Shown: in pieces, positions 40,625 to 50,282 of the stretch
Layout of the letters: each line of letters begins with the position of its first letter
Numbering within the stretch: the stretch's first letter is position 1
Assembly (NCBI GenBank): GCA_043823065.1
Contig: JBDRBB010000006.1
Span: forward strand, 96,001 to 160,000
Source of the DNA: Pseudomonadota bacterium
GTDB taxonomy: Bacteria; UBA10199; 2-02-FULL-44-16; DYJF01
Direction: 5' to 3'
DNA: 64,000 nucleotides
The notes under the pieces: generated by a model
Seen by the model: only the letters and a program-made list of their open reading frames with translations
Told to the model about the DNA's origin: nothing
The model's database searches: none
Made by a program: the position numbers and the translations under genes

Positions 40625-43600
40625 ATTTTCAGTTAAACAACCTTTGTTCGTAAATTTACTCACCCTAATTGTGATCGTAGCTGGAGTGATGGCTTTGTTT
40701 CGTCTTAATCGTGAAGTATTCCCCAATATTAATCTTGATTTAGTGGTGATTAACACAGCTTATCCAGGAGCAACTCCAAGCGAAATTGAGAAAAGCATCA
40801 CCATTCCCATTGAAAAAGAACTGAAAAAAGTTAGTGATTTAAAAGAAATCACCTCTGTTTCTTTAGAAGGATCTTCCGTGATTGTGGTGGAAATCGAACC
40901 TGACGCGCCTAATAAAAACACCGTGGTAAACGATATCCAGCGCGCTGCAGACCGGGCTGAAGATTTGCCTGCAGATTTAAAAGATCCTCCTTTGGTGGAA
41001 GAAATCCAAACCAGAAACCAGCCAATTGTTACCTTGTCCATGTCTAGCCAAACCCTTCCTGAACAGGAAATGGTTAAATATGCCCAAGCCCTGGAAACCA
41101 AGCTGTTAGACCAACCCATGGTTGCCTCTGTGGAGCGCTATGGCTGGCGAGACAAGGAAATTTGGCTAGAAGTAGATCCGGAAAAAGCTGCAAAATACTA
41201 TCTATCGTTGGCGCAAATCATAAATGTTATTAAGGAACGAAATGTTAATGTTTCTGGCGGAAGCATTGTTAGCAATGGCTCAGAACAGTTAGTGCGCACT
41301 TCTGGTGAATTTGATAAATCTGAAGACATAAAAAAAATAGTGCTGCGCGCTAATGAACAAGGTAACTGGGTGCAGGTTTCAGATATCGCAACTATCAAAG
41401 ATACATTTGAGCGAGAAAAACTCATAACCCGCACTAATGGCCAACCTTCTATCAATCTAATTGTAGTGAAAAAAGAACATGGCGATGCTATTCAAATGGT
41501 CAAAGATGTTAAACAGTTGGCCCTAGATTTTTCCGCCAGCATTGCCGGACTGGATATAACTTTGGTAGATGACCTTTCCTTTTATATCAAGCGCCGCTTA
41601 AACGTGCTTATTTCCAACGGCTGGGTTGGTATAATTTTAGTCATCATATCTTTATTCTTTTTCCTTTCCTCCAGAATCGCCTTAGTCACAGCCGTGGGCA
41701 TTCCCATAGCTTTCTTAACCACTTTTGTGGCAATGTATATTGGGGGCATGACCATTAATTTAATTACCATGGTTGGGCTAATCATTGTGCTAGGTATGTT
41801 AGTGGATGACGCCATTGTGGTTGCTGAAAACGTTTTTCGTTTATATGAAAGTGGCCTGCCCCCAGCTAAAGCCGCGGTGCAAGGCGCACTTGAAGTTTGG
41901 AAACCTGTTACGACTTCTGTTTTTACCACTATTGCCGCGTTTGCCCCTTTGATGTTTATGAGCGGCATTTTGGGCAAGTTTGTCATGTATGTGCCAATTG
42001 TTGTCATTATTGCTTTACTGGCTTCTTTGTTTGAAGCCTTTGTGATTTTACCTTCTCATTTAGCTGAAATGGAAAGAATCCCAAGTATTCCATTTTTTTC
42101 CAGATTCAAGAAACGCAGAAATTCAATAGAAGGCCGCATAGATTCCATTGCAGAGTTAAATGGTCGAATTTTAGGTTGGCTGCTAAAACGTCGCTATAAA
42201 GTTGCTGGCATTACCTTGGCCATATTTGGTATTACTCTGCTTCTAACATTAAAAGTGGTACCTTTTATCTTGTTCCCCTCACGAGGCATTGACGCTTTCT
42301 TCATTAGAGCCAAAGCGCCTTTAGGAACTTCTCTGCAAAAAACTTCCGACCTGGTAAAGGTCTTGGAGGAAAAATTTAAGACAGCAATGCCTGAGGGTGA
42401 AATGAATGATTTTGTAACTTATATTGGTGTGCAGCAGCAAGAACCCAATGACCCTGGAGCCAAACATGGCGACCATTTTGCCCAGATCAGCGTCTATCTT
42501 AAGCCCCATGTAGATCGAAACTATGATGCCGTTGAATTAATTGAGATCTTAAAAGAAAAAAATGTCAGCCAGGTAAATGGGTTTGAGGAAATAACCTTTG
42601 AAAAAGTTCAACCAGGTCCACCTGTTGGCAAAGCAGTGGAAGTACATGTGCGCGGCGATGATTTTAAGATTCTGGAAAAGTTGGCAGAACAAATTAAAGA
42701 ATATCTAAATACCTTACCAGGAGTTAGTGAAATTAAAGACAGCTATGAACCTGGCAAAGATGAATTGCAAATTATTGTTGATGAACAAGCTACCTCCAGA
42801 GCTGGATTAACTATTGCTGATGTGGCTCAGGCAGTACGAGCTTCCATAGATGGAGCAATTGCCACCACTATTCGCAAAAGTGATGAGGAAATTGATGTCA
42901 GAATTTTATATCCAGATAAATTACGTTATGAAACCAATGTGTTGGAGAAAATCTTAATTCCCAATCCAAATCTCAGATTAATTCCTTTAACTGCCATTGC
43001 TAAATTCAAGAAAACACCTGGCGTATTGGGAATTCATCACAGGGATCGGTTGCGCAGTATTACAGTTTCAGCTGATGTGGATCAGGAACAAGCCACCTCT
43101 ATTTCAGTGATGAAAGCTGTTGAAAAGAAATTTAAGAATATCAGCACCAACCATCCTGGTTATGTCCTGACTTTTGGCGGAGAATGGGAAAAAACCATGC
43201 AATCGTTGCGTGACTTTGGTTATGCTTTGGTTGTGGCATGCTTGATCATCTTTTTACTCCTAACCTTTGAGTTTCAATCAGTAATTCAGCCAATTTTAAT
43301 TATGTTTGCTATTCCTTACGGATTAGTTGGCGTATCTTGGGCTTTTTTGGCCCATTTTGAGCCGGCCAGTTTTCTGGCTATTTTTGGGGTGGTGGGTTTA
43401 TCTGGAGTGGTGGTCAACTCTTCCATTGTTTTGATTGATTTCATTAATAAGCAACGGGCAGAAGGTTTAAATATAGATGAAGCTATTATTAAGGGCACCC
43501 ATATCCGGCTAAGACCAATCTTTTTAACCACTGCCACAACTGTACTTGGCGTTTTGCCAGTTGCCTATGGAATAATGGGTTCTGATCCTTTCTTAAAACC

Positions 43601-43763
43601 CATGGCTTTAGCCATTGGCTGGGGCTTGCCAGTAGCTGCTATTGGTACCTTAACTGTAACACCTTGTTTTTACCGAATTGTAGAAGACCTACGAAAAGCA
43701 CTTAGCTGTCTTAAATGCTGGAAAAATAACAATAATCACAACGGGTTACAATCCCCCAGTTAG
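40608..43763 (+). CDS. RND efflux transporter (AcrB family)
   Basis: GMLVDDAIVVAEN and RLRPIFLTT motifs; 1051 aa. Confidence 0.95.
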   Translation: MRRIFEFSVKQPLFVNLLTLIVIVAGVMALFRLNREVFPNINLDLVVINTAYPGATPSEIEKSITIPIEKELKKVSDLKEITSVSLEGSSVIVVEIEPDAPNKNTVVNDIQRAADRAEDLPADLKDPPLVEEIQTRNQPIVTLSMSSQTLPEQEMVKYAQALETKLLDQPMVASVERYGWRDKEIWLEVDPEKAAKYYLSLAQIINVIKERNVNVSGGSIVSNGSEQLVRTSGEFDKSEDIKKIVLRANEQGNWVQVSDIATIKDTFEREKLITRTNGQPSINLIVVKKEHGDAIQMVKDVKQLALDFSASIAGLDITLVDDLSFYIKRRLNVLISNGWVGIILVIISLFFFLSSRIALVTAVGIPIAFLTTFVAMYIGGMTINLITMVGLIIVLGMLVDDAIVVAENVFRLYESGLPPAKAAVQGALEVWKPVTTSVFTTIAAFAPLMFMSGILGKFVMYVPIVVIIALLASLFEAFVILPSHLAEMERIPSIPFFSRFKKRRNSIEGRIDSIAELNGRILGWLLKRRYKVAGITLAIFGITLLLTLKVVPFILFPSRGIDAFFIRAKAPLGTSLQKTSDLVKVLEEKFKTAMPEGEMNDFVTYIGVQQQEPNDPGAKHGDHFAQISVYLKPHVDRNYDAVELIEILKEKNVSQVNGFEEITFEKVQPGPPVGKAVEVHVRGDDFKILEKLAEQIKEYLNTLPGVSEIKDSYEPGKDELQIIVDEQATSRAGLTIADVAQAVRASIDGAIATTIRKSDEEIDVRILYPDKLRYETNVLEKILIPNPNLRLIPLTAIAKFKKTPGVLGIHHRDRLRSITVSADVDQEQATSISVMKAVEKKFKNISTNHPGYVLTFGGEWEKTMQSLRDFGYALVVACLIIFLLLTFEFQSVIQPILIMFAIPYGLVGVSWAFLAHFEPASFLAIFGVVGLSGVVVNSSIVLIDFINKQRAEGLNIDEAIIKGTHIRLRPIFLTTATTVLGVLPVAYGIMGSDPFLKPMALAIGWGLPVAAIGTLTVTPCFYRIVEDLRKALSCLKCWKNNNNHNGLQSPS

Positions 43764-43784
43764 AGATTGAACACCCCTATTTTA

Positions 43785-43864
43785 GTCAGACGGAGCAAAA
43801 TTTTAAAAAAAACATTGAATGTTATCAGACAGTTATGTTAAGGGGTTTTGGCCTGAATCTTGCT
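43785..43864 (+). promoter_or_regulatory. sigma54 promoter with IHF site and candidate enhancer
   Basis: GTCAGACGGAGCAAAA (43785-43800), TATCAGacagTTA (43823-43835), TGGCCT-GAATC-TTGCT (43849-43864). Confidence 0.7.
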
Positions 43865-43893
43865 ATTATACGACATGATTAAAGGGGGTAATC

Positions 43894-44505
43894 ATGAAAT
43901 ATTTTGAACAAGTAAAAAGCAAATTTATTGATTTAGATGAGGTAACTGAAAAAGTGCATATAATAGATGATCAAATAGCAGCCAATTTTAAGAAAAGGTC
44001 TAAAATTATCATTTTTAGTTTCACTCTGGTTTTATACTTTTTGTTAGCTCCTCGTCTTTTTGGACAAATTGAACCAAAAGAGATTGAAGATCAAAGATTT
44101 TATAATTATCGAGGGTTAATTATAGAAGTAGCCAAAGAATTTGAAATATCACCTGCTTTGGTAGCAGCTACCATTAAGAGTGAGTCAAATTTCAGACCTT
44201 ATGTGGTTTCCTCAGCTGGAGCCAAAGGCTTAATGCAACTCATGCCTTCTACTGCACGTTTGCTTAAGGTAAAAAATATCCAGGATCCTGAAGATAATAT
44301 TCGCGGTGGAACAAAATATCTTAAACAACTTATCCAGGAATTTAACGGTAATGTAAGATTAGCTATTGCTGCTTATAATGCTGGGCCAGGTGCGGTTAGA
44401 AAACACGGGGAAGTACCACCTTATAAAGAAACCCAGCGTTATGTGGTAAAAGTTCTAAAATATACCAAAGAATTTAAAGAACATTTTATCAATTCTGAAG
44501 CTTAA
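43894..44505 (+). CDS. Lytic transglycosylase (SLT domain)
   Basis: ESNF, GAKGLMQLMP, AAYNAGPG, ETQRYV. Confidence 0.95.
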   Translation: MKYFEQVKSKFIDLDEVTEKVHIIDDQIAANFKKRSKIIIFSFTLVLYFLLAPRLFGQIEPKEIEDQRFYNYRGLIIEVAKEFEISPALVAATIKSESNFRPYVVSSAGAKGLMQLMPSTARLLKVKNIQDPEDNIRGGTKYLKQLIQEFNGNVRLAIAAYNAGPGAVRKHGEVPPYKETQRYVVKVLKYTKEFKEHFINSEA

Positions 44506-44506
44506 T

Positions 44507-44538
44507 AAAAAAGCCTCTGTCAATGACAGAGGCTTTTT
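44507..44538. terminator. Bidirectional terminator
   Basis: aaaaagcctctgtc-aat-gacagaggcttttt. Confidence 0.85.
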
Positions 44539-44555
44539 GTATTAAACTTGCTAAG

Positions 44556-44864
44556 TTACCTACGCCACATCATAGAACTAGTCCAAACTATATTACGATC
44601 ATTACCTGTGCAGGCACATTCACCAGTTCCATAATCATAGGTATAGGAATCATAATTTTGACAACTATTACTGCATACTAAATCTCCCCACACACTACCT
44701 TCATTTTCAGCATTTCCACCATGCCACCATTCGCTTAACCACGATACTAATGGCTCTAAAACATCTGAGGTGTCTTGGCACTGTAAATATTCACCATGAT
44801 AGATATTTCGGTAACAATCTGAGTTGGTAGTCATAGTGTAAACTGTTTCTCCTGCTGCTTTCAT
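44556..44864 (-). CDS. Small Cys/Trp-rich orphan protein
   Basis: AAAGGAG SD; 102 aa, 6 Cys, 1 Lys. Confidence 0.65.
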   Translation of the reverse strand: MKAAGETVYTMTTNSDCYRNIYHGEYLQCQDTSDVLEPLVSWLSEWWHGGNAENEGSVWGDLVCSNSCQNYDSYTYDYGTGECACTGNDRNIVWTSSMMWRR

Positions 44865-44997
44865 ATTATTCTCCTTTAAGATATGGCTTCTATTGAGTTA
44901 TAGAATTATAAACTATACAAAATAGCTGCCTAGTTAGTTAAAAATTTTTATTTAATTGTCGTGAATTCTATTTTTGAATTCTAAATTAGGGGCGCCA

Positions 44998-45111
44998 TTA
45001 GGCGCAAATAAATATGAGGCCTCTAAGGAGGAGGCTAATAAAGATGGGGGTAATGCTTGAGGTACTTACTTTTCCTGCTGCCGAGTGTGTTCCTGGATCA
45101 TAGTTCTTCAT
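44998..45111 (-). CDS. 37-aa peptide, below the ORF-track cutoff
   Basis: AAAGGAG SD; MKNYDPGTHSAAGKVSTSSITPIFISLLLRGLIFICA. Confidence 0.45.
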   Translation of the reverse strand: MKNYDPGTHSAAGKVSTSSITPIFISLLLRGLIFICA

Positions 45112-45276
45112 CGTTCTAATTCTCCTTTCTTAAGCAACCTAGCACCATTACTAGGTTTGCCATTGATTAATGTTTTCACCGTTATCAAAAAAAACTTAAA
45201 AATGTCAAGAAAATCTTTTCAATACCATTTACAATTGGACTGCCTGCAATACCAATGATTTTCATAAAAAAACTCC

Positions 45277-46215
45277 TTATTTATTCTGTTCAAACAAAAC
45301 TTTTTGTCGCTTAGCTAAAACAGACAAATATTTTGTCTTCATTGCTGGGGAAAGATAACTACTTTCTATCAACTTGTTCCACTTAGGAATGACCTTTTCA
45401 ATTTGTTTCATAATTTCAAAGATAATCTCTTCGTTTAATTCAAGTCTTTGCCTAGCATAATATATTAAGAAATCATCTCTGGTTAAGTTAGTTTTTTTAC
45501 CATGCAAAGGCAGAGCAAGTTCTTCGCGTGGATTGGCTAAAGCTATTGTTGAATTAACAAAATCATATGCTGGCGCTAGTTTACTAACTTCATCAATTGT
45601 AATTAAAGAAAAATTTTTCAAATGCATATCTTCATTGCCAATCAGATAATTAAAAATAGTTCTCTTAAATAATTCGGCAAATTCAATCCTTGGAAATGAA
45701 CAATATCTTTTAATAAGCTCAGCAACTTTTTCCATAGAACTATTATATTTTGTTTCTCGCAACTCTCCTGCTAGCTGCGCAAAGTCCTCAACCGCAACTT
45801 TTCCCTTTCTACCCTTTCTGTCAAAGCGACGAATAAAATAGGTAAAACTACCATCTTTTGAATAAACAAGCCCATGAACTGGAGTTTCAATATCAATCAT
45901 TTCAGCAAGTGACATGGTCAAAGATTCATTTTCCGGAACCTCTGGAAAATCGCACTGGGGTTTAAGTATATATTGGCCATTTCTATCTACTATTTCAAAT
46001 CTACCTTCTTTGATTTTTAACACAGCACTGAGTTTTGGTTGTAAGCCTTGAATTGACATCTTACCTGCACGCGCCCCAGCTTCTATTCGTTGTTCCTGAG
46101 CAGTTAGCGGAAGCTCTTTCAAATTATCAAGATTACGCGCCAACAAATGTAGTCCTCGCTTGGAATATCTAACATTATTCTCAATTGGCTCCATGGTTAT
46201 TGGGCAGCGTTTCAT
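45277..46215 (-). CDS. HipA-family kinase toxin (HipT-like)
   Basis: SIQGLQPKL, YILKP, RRFDR, GNEDMHLKNFS, LAPAYD. Confidence 0.92.
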   Translation of the reverse strand: MKRCPITMEPIENNVRYSKRGLHLLARNLDNLKELPLTAQEQRIEAGARAGKMSIQGLQPKLSAVLKIKEGRFEIVDRNGQYILKPQCDFPEVPENESLTMSLAEMIDIETPVHGLVYSKDGSFTYFIRRFDRKGRKGKVAVEDFAQLAGELRETKYNSSMEKVAELIKRYCSFPRIEFAELFKRTIFNYLIGNEDMHLKNFSLITIDEVSKLAPAYDFVNSTIALANPREELALPLHGKKTNLTRDDFLIYYARQRLELNEEIIFEIMKQIEKVIPKWNKLIESSYLSPAMKTKYLSVLAKRQKVLFEQNK

Positions 46216-46520
46216 TCGATCTCCTTAACTGTTACTGCACCAACTAAATCAGCGCCAACTGTTACCATCTGAGTAAAATAATCATACCTATCTATTTTGT
46301 AATTCTTTAACAAAGCTTCCAGCTCAAAACCCTCTGGCAGCAACCCATCAAAAAAAGGAGGAAATTTATTAAACTCATATACATTTTTATCTTTGGGCAT
46401 AGTTAAAGAAATTGGCTCTCCCTGATAGTCTTGGTCATAACTAAAACTAAACGTGGCATCATCTTTTTCCACCAAGATACCAGCTTGTTCCCCATTAACA
46501 AAAACTAGAGCCTTTTTCAT
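46212..46520 (-). CDS. HipA N-terminal domain protein (HipS-like)
   Basis: ISLTMP, PPFFDGLLPEG, DLVGAV. Confidence 0.9.
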   Translation of the reverse strand: MKKALVFVNGEQAGILVEKDDATFSFSYDQDYQGEPISLTMPKDKNVYEFNKFPPFFDGLLPEGFELEALLKNYKIDRYDYFTQMVTVGADLVGAVTVKEIE

Positions 46521-46750
46521 TATTCACTCCTTTTTGATTCTTGATTATTAATGAGAGGACTAACCAATTTTATTTCTATGTTTAAAATTTTAAAAACTTT
46601 TTGCAGGGTATTCAAGCGAACAGTTGTTTTACCATTTTCAATATCAAAGATAACGGTCTTACCTACTTCAGCAAGCTTAGCTAGTTCTTTTTGGGATAAG
46701 CCGCTTTTTCGGCGATGATATTTAACTGTCTCAGCTATATTTGTATTCAT
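46520..46750 (-). CDS. HipB-like XRE HTH regulator
   Basis: RRKSGLSQKELAKLAEVGKTVIFDIENGK; likely start is ATG 46750. Confidence 0.9.
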   Translation of the reverse strand: MNTNIAETVKYHRRKSGLSQKELAKLAEVGKTVIFDIENGKTTVRLNTLQKVFKILNIEIKLVSPLINNQESKRSE

Positions 46751-46767
46751 GTTTATTAATCCATAAT

Positions 46768-46926
46768 TACCGCTATAACGGTAAAATTTAGCATTCAATT
46801 ATTATTTTAAGCTATTTTTAGCGAATATACAATCTTTTTTACTGCTATAACAGTATTTTATGCTTAAAATTATTTATTTATCATTAATTTTCGATAAAAA
46901 ACTACATTTTTACCGCTATAGCAGTA
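46768..46926. promoter_or_regulatory. Three palindromic operators TACYGCTATARCRGTA
   Basis: Copies at 46768-46783, 46840-46855 and 46911-46926. Confidence 0.75.
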
Positions 46927-46958
46927 TTTTTTATAAACATATCATGATAGAATTATTA

Positions 46959-46985
46959 GCAACCTTTGCCAAAAATTGCCGATAA
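46959..46985 (+). promoter_or_regulatory. sigma28-like promoter
   Basis: GCAACCTT-N11-GCCGATAA. Confidence 0.7.
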
Positions 46986-46992
46986 TCTAAAT

Positions 46993-49524
46993 ATGGGAGA
47001 CGGACAAGTTACCAGATTTGCCTTAATTATTAATGGCGACACTGAAGATAGGCATAGAGAAAATGTTGATCTAGCTATTAATGTCTTAAATTCCGATAAT
47101 ACTGACCAAGATTATCAAATCTTTGTTGCCAGTACGCACGAACAACAACCTGAAAACATAGATCGCTTTCTTGCTCCAACTGAAGCTAATATTTCCATTT
47201 TAATCCAAGAAATAGAAAATCAGATGGACGACGATGACGAGCTAGTTATCTACATCACAGGCCATGGTGATCAAGATGGAAGAGTTTGCCTGCCCAGTGG
47301 ATGCAATTCTACACTGCTTAATAGAATTTTGGACATGGGCGTCAGAGAAAATGCAGAACCAAATTATGGCCAACGCACAATCATTATGGATCAATGTTAT
47401 GGTGGAAATTGGCGCAATATTTTTCTAGATGACCCACGCACTTTATTTATTGCTGCTGGCCAAGCTGGTGATCAAACTTGTTGTAATAATTTTGCCCCCT
47501 ATTTCTGGGCAGCTAATGTAGATGATCAAAATAACGATGGACTTATAAGCTGGCAGGAACGATATGCCCACGTACACAATGCTGGGGGTGATTTAACTGC
47601 AGCCCAATTTCTAAGTTCAGCAAATTACATCCAACCTGGCCAAGCACCTTTTGAAACAAACCTTGTTCACCTAAGAGAAAACATGGAGCTTCCTGGAGCA
47701 AGAAGACAAGAACAAATGGAAGCTGAACTAAATGTTCAGCTAAGTCAACTTCAACCAGGTCAATATGCAATAGTTGCTTTTTCTCTTTCTGATGGTAGTT
47801 GCGAAGGTTGCACTGACTTTGAACCTCAATTGCAAGAACAGGTCAACCAAGCCCACGGGCAATACTTATTTATCCAATATGATAGCTGGGAAACACCAGA
47901 ACGTTTTTCAGAGTATGCTAATGTTAGACCAATGCTTGCCGCAGTGGACTATCAAGGGAATATTTACCCTATATTAGATAGAACAAACATAATTGCTGAA
48001 ATGAGCAACTGGTCTCTTTCCTTTGAACAACGTTGGGACTTAGCGCTTAGGGATTTGAACAGCAATAATATTGATAATTGTATAACTGGTCTGAGTCAAA
48101 TTTTATACTTAGCAGAAAAGCGTGAATTTAGACAGTTTATTAACACCGAACAACATTTAAGCTTGCTCAGACAGATTAGAAACTTTTTTCAACATGAAGA
48201 TGGAGAGATTGGCCGAAGGGCTATTATTACTTATACTAATTTGTTTGAACTGCTTGAGCCTTCTCCTAGAAGAACCTTGGAACTTGTGCAAGCAGCTTCA
48301 CTTATAGCTCAAATAAGTAGAGATAGATCATTAAATCAAGCCACCGGCATGATAGCATCCTCATATTTTCTTTCAATTTTCAATAATCGCACTATCAGAA
48401 ATGAATTAAGCAGCATGGATAGGTTGATTGACCACCCTAACCCTAATATACGTGAAGCCGTGGCTTGGGCCTACCCCTTTTTGGTTAATGGATTACCTTT
48501 TACTTCTTTACGAACTCCCTATGCTAGAAGAATGCGCCGTGAATTTAACCAAGCCGATGAAGCAGGTCTCATAACCAGACTTCTAATTTATAGCAGAATT
48601 GATTTTAGTAGCACTATTGAAAGCCATCAAGGGGCACCAATACTTCGAAGTTATATAAGACATAGCAATCCAGAAGTGAACAATGCAGCAATTAAAGCTT
48701 ATGCTCAAAGAATTTCTTCTATTAGAAATGAAAATGAAAGAAGAATGGGAATACGTGCTTTGATGAGTTCACTACAACAACCTAATCCAAATCGTTCTGT
48801 TCAAGCAACCCTATCAGCTTTTCAGGGTTTATCTAATCTGCGTAGTGAAATGACTAATCGAGATTTAGTAGAATATCTGGGCAGGCTAGTTACATTCATG
48901 AACTCCAATCAAGTTAACAGCCTTGATTATGATGAACTAGCTTATTATCGACTAAGAACTGCAATAATGGAAATTGAAGGACGAAATATTCCTCCATCTA
49001 GAACTCTATCAATTATTTTTCGCCGGGCAATACAAACACTAGAGAGTTATTCATTTGAGCATGTGAGTGAAGAGCGAGAACAATTCTTTTATTCTGAGAC
49101 GTATGAAGATGCTTTATCATATTATATTAACCATCTAATATCCTCACCTGAAGAGGCAATAAGAGCTAATAGTTTTTTTATGGAAGAAATTTCACAACAT
49201 TCCTTCTCAGGACAACTCTTGGAATTTATTCCACAGATTTACGCTTCATTTATAGAACAACACGGAGATATCCCTGAAATTAGAGATAGACTTGAGCGAA
49301 CTATTGGTATCTTATCTTATGGTTTATTATATCCAAATACGCGTCCAAGATTTGTCCTTTCGCCTAACTGTTTTGCCAGGCTACTTATCCAGTTAGAAGA
49401 TGATCGTTTAACACTTTTTTTAATAAACCTTATTCGAACAGATGTTGCAGAGACACGTGAAACTCTTGCTGAGTTAAACACACTTGCTCCTCAAAGAATT
49501 CAAAGGTTAGTAAATAATTTATAA
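46993..49524 (+). CDS. Lysine-depleted multidomain protein: clan CD cysteine peptidase, EF-hand-like loop, CxxC domain, HEAT-like helices
   Basis: LVIYITGHG..TIIMDQCYGG dyad; DQNNDGLISWQE; CEGC; 2 Lys in 843 aa. Confidence 0.8.
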   Translation: MGDGQVTRFALIINGDTEDRHRENVDLAINVLNSDNTDQDYQIFVASTHEQQPENIDRFLAPTEANISILIQEIENQMDDDDELVIYITGHGDQDGRVCLPSGCNSTLLNRILDMGVRENAEPNYGQRTIIMDQCYGGNWRNIFLDDPRTLFIAAGQAGDQTCCNNFAPYFWAANVDDQNNDGLISWQERYAHVHNAGGDLTAAQFLSSANYIQPGQAPFETNLVHLRENMELPGARRQEQMEAELNVQLSQLQPGQYAIVAFSLSDGSCEGCTDFEPQLQEQVNQAHGQYLFIQYDSWETPERFSEYANVRPMLAAVDYQGNIYPILDRTNIIAEMSNWSLSFEQRWDLALRDLNSNNIDNCITGLSQILYLAEKREFRQFINTEQHLSLLRQIRNFFQHEDGEIGRRAIITYTNLFELLEPSPRRTLELVQAASLIAQISRDRSLNQATGMIASSYFLSIFNNRTIRNELSSMDRLIDHPNPNIREAVAWAYPFLVNGLPFTSLRTPYARRMRREFNQADEAGLITRLLIYSRIDFSSTIESHQGAPILRSYIRHSNPEVNNAAIKAYAQRISSIRNENERRMGIRALMSSLQQPNPNRSVQATLSAFQGLSNLRSEMTNRDLVEYLGRLVTFMNSNQVNSLDYDELAYYRLRTAIMEIEGRNIPPSRTLSIIFRRAIQTLESYSFEHVSEEREQFFYSETYEDALSYYINHLISSPEEAIRANSFFMEEISQHSFSGQLLEFIPQIYASFIEQHGDIPEIRDRLERTIGILSYGLLYPNTRPRFVLSPNCFARLLIQLEDDRLTLFLINLIRTDVAETRETLAELNTLAPQRIQRLVNNL

Positions 49525-49610
49525 TAACCAATTCCACCCCCGCAGTAGAACAGGTTTACTCTTGCTATCCAAACACCTGGGCGAAAAACATTTCAATTCT
49601 AAATTACTCC

Positions 49611-50282
49611 TTATTCAAACACTTGAAAATTTTCAAATTCTTCTTTTACTAAAATTGCTCTAACAACTTTTTGTTCTGCTTTACTTAAATATTTATAGGC
49701 TGCTGAAAGATCTTGAAAATCTTTTTTTTCAATTAGCGCTTCCAAAAGGGATATTGCTGATTGTTTATCCTTATCTGCTTTAGCAACCTGCTTACGCTTG
49801 GAAGCTGCAATTACTTTTTGCAGGCAACAATCAGCTGGGTGAGGAAGTTTAACTTTAATTCCTGCCACATTTACCTGGATTGGGTCACGCCAAAGCATAG
49901 ATAAATGGCGTAATGGTTGAGCATTGAAATGTAGCTGTTTTAAGGGAAAAGGTTTATCTTTAGATCTACCAATCTCAGGGACTAAAAATTCAAGCATCAG
50001 CTCTTCGCTTTCCAACTTCATGTATCCTTTACCAAAAAATTCAATTTCAAATCCTAACGAAGACAATAGTTTTTCTAGATCAACTTCCTTAGGAAATTTT
50101 GGCCTAGCTGGAACAAGAAAATCTATGTCTCGAGTTTTAATTCTTGGATAATAATTTATCCCTTTAAAATAATCTTTATAGAAATATATGCACCAACTTC
50201 CAATCAGCAAAACCTGGCTAAGAATGCCCTCTTTTTCCAATTTTTTTAGAATTTCTACAACTAATTTATTCTGTCTTTCCAC
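49611..50282 (-). CDS. GSU2403-like nucleotidyltransferase-fold protein
   Basis: LLIGSW..KTRDIDF, LEFLVP, LPHP, KADKD. Confidence 0.8.
   Translation of the reverse strand: MERQNKLVVEILKKLEKEGILSQVLLIGSWCIYFYKDYFKGINYYPRIKTRDIDFLVPARPKFPKEVDLEKLLSSLGFEIEFFGKGYMKLESEELMLEFLVPEIGRSKDKPFPLKQLHFNAQPLRHLSMLWRDPIQVNVAGIKVKLPHPADCCLQKVIAASKRKQVAKADKDKQSAISLLEALIEKKDFQDLSAAYKYLSKAEQKVVRAILVKEEFENFQVFE

Noticed and set aside
39155..43763. TolC plus RND with no adjacent adaptor gene
   Set aside because: The adaptor may be encoded elsewhere; not distinctive without the rest of the genome
46966..46992. TTG start for the protease gene, and similar upstream extensions at 5378, 7925, 13018, 20699, 46798 and 50640
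   Set aside because: Extensions overlap promoter, operator or terminator motifs, or lack an SD; downstream starts fit better
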